Shown here: positions 58,901-64,000 of the stretch, piece after piece
How positions within the stretch are numbered: position 1 is the stretch's first letter
Layout of the letters: every line of letters begins with the position of its first letter
DNA from: Pavona decussata
Taxonomy: Eukaryota
Direction of reading: 5' to 3'
Assembly (NCBI GenBank): GCA_977016875.1
Contig: CDRNST010000038.1
Coordinates: forward strand, 1,922,001 to 1,986,000
DNA: 64,000 bases
Notes under the pieces: model-generated
What the model saw: the letters and a program-made list of their open reading frames with translations, nothing else
Told to the model about the DNA's origin: nothing
Databases searched by the model: none
Made by a program: the position numbers and the translations under genes

Positions 58901-61900
58901 TTTTGGTTTGGATTCCTATTGGTTAAAAAAGTGACGCGAGTTTTGTTAACCAATCACAGATAAGTAATGCAAAACCAAAGGAAACGCGAAATTACCTACG
59001 ACACTCAATTGAAAACCGCTCTATGGAATAAACTAAAGAAGATAGATTTATAATGAGGCTTAAAAAATAACAAAGAAAAGCTATTCACATTGCTGAATCC
59101 TGGAAAAGCTATCCCTCCAACTTCGCAGGAGAGAGAGAACTGAGACTGAGTGTCATTCTGTGGATTGAGGTCCTGTTTGCACTATAAGGTTGTGATAAAA
59201 TAAAAAGACACATGAATTAATTTTAGTAAATCATGCATGGTGATATCAGGGGTAGTATTTGGACTAAACTTTTCTCTAAAAAATTGAAAGGCCAGCGAGA
59301 AGATCCCGGAAAATGCCTACCAAGAAATTTCGTCCCGTTCATGCCACTACCATGGTTACCATATGGTAGTATTTACCACTTTTTGGGCAAGTAATTCATG
59401 GTAAGGTACCATATAGTCACCCACATAACCCTAACCCTCCATGTAGCCACCCTTACCTTGCCATAAATTATGTACCATTTTTTGAACCAAGAGCAAACAG
59501 CTTCCATACATTCTTGAAAGGCGAACGCATCCTTGAGAGTAAATTCTTCTTTTGATATTTTTGTTAAAATCACCAAGGTATTGCCTTTTACAATTATAGT
59601 CATTCAGCTCTCTACAATAATTAGATCGCCTTTGTCGGCTCCCAGAGCTCTTCTATTTTGCTCATGGTTGCACCGTCACGCCAGAGGTCTATGGGTTTGG
59701 GAATGTGAGGTTGCATGCTTCCGTTTTTGTTTTTTGTTTTTTCGATTGGCGATAGTCGACTAAGTTTTGACCATGCCTAGTTAACTATAAGGCTACTGGC
59801 GTTGTATTACGAATGCTGTAACCTGATTGGCTATATTACTCTACGCACTATCTTTTCTATGATAAAAAGTGAGTTGGCCAAGCCTGATTTCGTCACGTCG
59901 TAAAAAGGGCACGAAAATAAAAATCTTGGTCATGATTCGTTAGAATGTGTCACGTGTTCAAAAATCGTCGGCGATTGATCGTAAATTACTTGGATTGTAT
60001 TATCATATCGTTTTTTCTGGTGGTTACGCTGCAAATCGTCGCAAACAAGATGTTAAGATAAAACATTTTCTATCTCTTGCGTTTTATTTGCAATCATCGT
60101 CGACTCGTCGGGAGTCAACGTGAAAGTTGGTTCCACTTACGCAACATGCTTGCGATCTAGCCATCGCAAACCGTTGGCGACTATATGGAAACTATTTCCA
60201 TAGCTCATATTGCCACACATTGACATTCCAATCCTAGCAGTATGCAGGATGTTTGTCCCATGAACCTAGTTTAATGGCCTTAGCTCCCACGAGTCTCCTG
60301 TAGCTCAGTGGTAGAGCATCCGAACTAGTATTCGGAAGGTCTTAGGTTCGACTCCTGATAGGAGCACTCGGATTTTTTTCCGAGTTTGCCTGTGTCATTT
60401 ACTGATTAATACATCATTCTCATATATGGAAACTAGGTTCAATTCAATCAAAACGCGCATTCGGAAAGTTGTTTCCAGACTATTTATATGTAATTAATGC
60501 ATAAATCGTCTTTAAGTCAACTTACATCATCTGTTCGAAGATAGCTTAGTGACCTGGGATATTTGATCACAAGCTTGGAGTAGTACGCGTAGTCGTTGGC
60601 CTTGTTTGAGATGTTGAGCTGTAAAATCAGTGTCTTTACGAGACCGATCAGTAAATGTTGGCTATCTTTTTGATGACGGTCATACCTATTCAAAATAAAA
60701 CACCAATCAGAGAACTTAGAAAAAGGGCTTCGGGTAGGTGTTATCCCGGCCAGAAAGCAAAACTGGATAGGTCGTTTCTTCAGATAATAGGGAGCTTTAG
60801 CAAGGACGAGGACGGCGGCAACAACCAAGACAACAACTATGCACGTGCATTACACTTCTTGTGTACATTTCTTTGCCGTCACTGTACGACTAGGACGTGA
60901 AATGCCCTGATGAGACGTTTTATGGAGGACGTAAACACACGACAACGAATTTTTCTTTCTTTTTCTAAACCTGGGTGTGGACTCCAAGAATTCAACTCCA
61001 GGAAATTTCACCTTCATTTGACATTTAAAGCGAGTTGGAATAATCACGACGACGTTTGAAAAAGCGCGAATTCATTTCAATAGTGACGTTTTCGCTGCCG
61101 TCGCCGTCGATGTTGCTAAAGCTCCCTAATACCATGGCCAAACGGAGTCGCAAAAGCAAGGTTCGTTCCGAGTCGGTTGGCAGGGGCGTTTAGTTTGATC
61201 AAGTGTAAATTTGCACGCAAGACTGCATTGAATGGCGGATTTTTGTCTGGCAACTTGTGTCTTAAGCTTGTGGCTGTGTTTGTCCAACCAACGCAAAGAG
61301 CGCACGCGCGCAAGTGGTATTTATCGATCCCGCTACTGCTCTATTATTTTTTCTACTCACCCAACTAAAATCACTTTTCCATCGACAGCTAAATCAGGTA
61401 CACACACTTGGCGATCCTTGCATCTTTTCATGAAGAAAGCCTAGCAAAAATAATTTCAGACTTGGCATAAAAGTGCAATATAAAGACCTTTATTCACATA
61501 CAATTAAAGTCCATTCTGTGGGACCATTCTGGTGAAATCCTTGCCTGTTATCATTTCTTTAAAGGAAGGGAGTATTTGACACTGATTTGGATGTACGCAT
61601 TACTTAGAATAGAAATGATAGAGAATATTCTCTGTGTCTAATAAAGGGATCACAGTTTTTAAACAACGGAAACAACGGTTTGTTTAGTTAGAATGCTTTT
61701 CACTTGTGAACATCTGGTTCAACCGGAATTAAGCATATAACGTTAACGTAGAAGCGCTTTCCATTTGTCAGAGCCGGCTGGCCAGACCGGTTAGCTTGTA
61801 AACAGAATGTACCAATTTGAAGGATAAGTTTTATCCTAGTCCTTCGAATTACTCCAAAATAACGCGTACCAAAATCGGCGTGATTATTTTTCAAGATTTT

Positions 61901-63567
61901 GCAGCAGCATCCCTTCAAAATGACACATTTCGATTTACAGACTGGCCAGTTAGGCCGGCCAGTTCTGACAAATGGGAACGGTGCCCGTAGTCATCACCAG
62001 GCAGTTCAACCTCAGACGGGAGTCAGTGATCATTCTGTGGCCATTAACATGCACATAGAGTGGTTTTCAATTGACTGCCGAAAGTAATTTCGCGTTTGCT
62101 TTGGTTTTGCATTACTGCGCTCTGTGATTGGTTAACAAAACTCGCGCCACTTTCTCAACCAATGGAAATCCAAACCAAAACCAATCGTGTTTTGGCCGCA
62201 CGCGTTTTCCCGCGCTTGGTGCCAGTTATATGTATTTGATTCGAATTCCGATTGGCTCTTTGTGTTGTTTACATCTGTTGCGATTGGCCAGAGTAATTAC
62301 TTTGGTTTTGGTTTTGCGACACTCAATTGGAAACCGCTCTAAGTGACAGCTGGGATTGGCCTAGTAAATACCGTCCTTAATTTTAAAGTTGTAATTTGAA
62401 AAGCCGTACCTTTGTTGAATGCGTTGCTCGAGTAGAACTGTTTAAGACGGGACACAGATCTCTGTCACAAGACTTCATTAATCCAAAGCTGAGATCAAAT
62501 GACAGCGAAGAAGCTACATCAGTAAGTTCGTCTTTTTCCTGAAAGAAGAAACTTTCACGAGTAAGGAATTTACATCTTTCGAAAGTGTGGTAAATTTAGG
62601 ACCCATCCACACTAATGCGTTTTCGTTTGAAAACGCATACCTTTTGATACGTTTTCGCCTATCGTCCACGCTAAAACGCCCGAAAACGCCGATGAAAACG
62701 GAGACTTTCGAAAACGGTTTCAAAACTGGAGACGTTTGAAAACTCATCGTTTTGAAAACGCTTTGTTTCTAGTGTGGACAGGTGAAAACGGAGACTTTTG
62801 AAAACGGTGACGTATAAAGCGTCACATGCCATCGGTTCCAGTCCAAATCGGAGCATCTATCCAAGATGGCGGATGGTAAACACATGCGCAATCCCAGGTC
62901 CCAGTCGTTTTCTTCTTTTTCGAGCGTTTTAGTGTGGACATGTGAAAACGATACAAAAACGCTAGTGTGGATAAAAATATTTTGCTTCGTTTTCGCCGCG
63001 ATGAAAACGGATATTTTTGAAAACGCATTTGTGTGGATGGGGCCGGAGATACTTTCATTTTAGAATCCTTAAACCAAGAACGAAGAGGTCTTTCTGCCCA
63101 ATCTACAACAAACCCAAATAAGACTATCGATTGAGAAGAGCAAACTCGAAGTAATTTCTGTCAAGGGGAATTAATGGTAATGGTAATGCATTTATATACC
63201 GCATTTTCTATTAACCACTGTAGTATAAATTATTTGACTGTATGATTTAGCTAACAAGCGCTAATCGTGGAAAACGCACCCGACAAAGGCAAGAACCTTA
63301 TGAATGATTTATCTATCTAAAAACATTTCCATACAGTTAAATATAAGCTATACGACAATTCAATGTAGGACACATGACGTACCTTAAGATACACAGTCCT
63401 GGGTGAAGAACAATACAGTCCTCCTAATTTCGTTAAATTGTAAACGCCGCTTATCTTGAAAACTCTATTCTTTGTTATGTCATCTACAAAGAACATGCGG
63501 CGAAAAGAATCCGACCCGCTGTCGCCTTTTGTTCTGTCCAAGTCTATGGTGTACGATATCTCCAACC
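52909..63567 (-). CDS. Integrin alpha subunit, 3' part (thigh/calf domains, TM, cytoplasmic tail); the 5' part lies right of the window
   Basis: In-frame exons 63567-63383, 62538-62410, 61440-61361, 60685-60526, 59181-59089, 58445-58375, 57969-57886, 57050-56942, 56522-56409, 55950-55900, 55396-55328, 54861-54748, 54512-54417, 53745-53620, 52980-52909. Contains the genu CKDRQVCVPDL, NEGPS, the furin site KRDRR, SRLWKNTL, TM PWWVYLVSALGGILLLAGAILVLYK and LGFFKR. Confidence 0.93.
53240..53460. repeat. Imperfect ~27-bp tandem repeat (aagcgcgggaaaacatgcaac)
   Basis: Four to five copies of cgcgggaaaacatgcaa; related to the interior of the CCAAT-rich MITE. Confidence 0.7.
54001..54290. mobile_element. 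~290-bp CCAAT-rich MITE family (other copies at 58749-59023, 62056-62341, partial 7850-8090)
   Basis: TIR (ta)gagcggttttcaattgagtgt ... acactcaattgaaaaccgctcta; the copies align with each other. Confidence 0.85.
56085..56245 (+). mobile_element. LINE 3'-tail fragment (similar tails at ~24450-24780 and ~57300-57460)
   Basis: Stem-loop-like region followed by aaataaa and a short tandem tail: (atgtc)n here, (tctgaaa)n and (gtt)n in the others. Confidence 0.5.
58749..59023. mobile_element. CCAAT-rich MITE copy (opposite orientation)
   Basis: gagcggtttccaattgagtgtcgt ... acgacactcaattgaaaaccgctcta. Confidence 0.85.
60195..60422 (+). mobile_element. Retroposed element with an internal tRNA-like domain and a 13-bp TSD
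   Basis: tatatggaaacta at 60182-60194 and 60423-60435; tRNA-like tagctcagtggtagagc..ggttcgactcc at ~60294-60366 with a non-canonical anticodon loop. Confidence 0.75.
60789..61127. mobile_element. MITE
   Basis: aat|agggagctttagcaa ... ttgctaaagctccct|aat. Confidence 0.85.
61750..61988. mobile_element. MITE with imperfect TIRs
   Basis: ttccatttgtcagagccggctggcc ... ggccggccagttctgacaaatgggaa. Confidence 0.7.
62056..62341. mobile_element. CCAAT-rich MITE copy
   Basis: tagagtggttttcaattgactg ... cactcaattggaaaccgctcta. Confidence 0.85.
62599..63045. mobile_element. Harbinger-like MITE rich in gaaaacg motifs (degenerate relative at ~19760-20105)
   Basis: ggacccatccacactaatgcgttttc ... gaaaacgcatttgtgtggatggggcc. 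Confidence 0.85.
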
Positions 63568-64000
63568 CTACAAGTAGAATGCAAAACAACAATAAGGCAC
63601 AGAGGATCAAATGGCGATAAAAGCTCATCTGCTGGGGGTTAATAGACCAAACTAATTGCAGGGCTGACACTACGGCAAAGGGCTTATTTATTTGGGCCAA
63701 TATTTCAACCCGAAGTGCCAGCCCTGCAATCAGTTTGGTTTATTTACACGTAAAGTGACGTCTGGCACGTGCATTTCTACTACAAGAGATCCGGCAACGA
63801 AACGTATTCAGAACAGTTTATTTGTGCGTCGTGTGGTCCCCTGCATCCAAAAGGTTAATAGACCCTTCTCCAAAATGGCGGCAACAGATTTTAATGAGTT
63901 AAAATTGAACTGAATGAAAAACTGATACCAGCACTGGAACTGAGCACCTTTACTTTAGTAACCTTGCAAAGTTTCAACATATTAGGCGCTATATCAGCTT

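Noticed and set aside
60294-60366. Possible tRNA gene
   Set aside because: The anticodon loop is not 7 nt, the acceptor stem pairs poorly, and it lies inside a TSD-flanked repeat with degenerate siblings.
60905-60940. CTGATGAG hammerhead-like core
   Set aside because: No stem II/GAAA geometry follows; a chance word inside a MITE.

Overview
Eukaryotic genomic DNA, AT-rich and intron-rich. The repeat families and the secreted-protein style suggest an anthozoan, probably a stony coral (inference only). There is one assembly gap (43373-43528). Five protein-coding loci can be built by hand from splice sites and frame. (1) The signal-peptide exon of a secreted-protein gene that runs off the left edge (-). 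(2) A 7-coding-exon gene (-, 18639-6477) for a ~1134-aa uncharacterised secreted mosaic protein: signal peptide, low-complexity spacer with dibasic sites, acidic Ser-Gly clusters, SUEL/rhamnose-type lectin domain, Pro-rich linker, 8-Cys module and basic tail. (3) EFTUD2/Snu114 (-, 33 coding exons, ~973 aa, one GC-AG intron). (4) DHX37/Dhr1 (+, only 2 exons, ~1155 aa), head-to-head with EFTUD2 across 285 bp. (5) The 3' half of an integrin alpha gene (-, furin site, TM helix, GFFKR). Introns are packed with MITEs, SINEs, LINE tails and Penelope/retrozyme-type remnants. Most notable: the mosaic lectin/proteoglycan-like protein; a TSD-flanked inverted-repeat insertion carrying a minimal hammerhead ribozyme in the probable integrin 3'UTR; a CpG-depleted, TACATGTA-rich domain confined to the 5' half of EFTUD2; and the extreme intron asymmetry of the EFTUD2/DHX37 pair.
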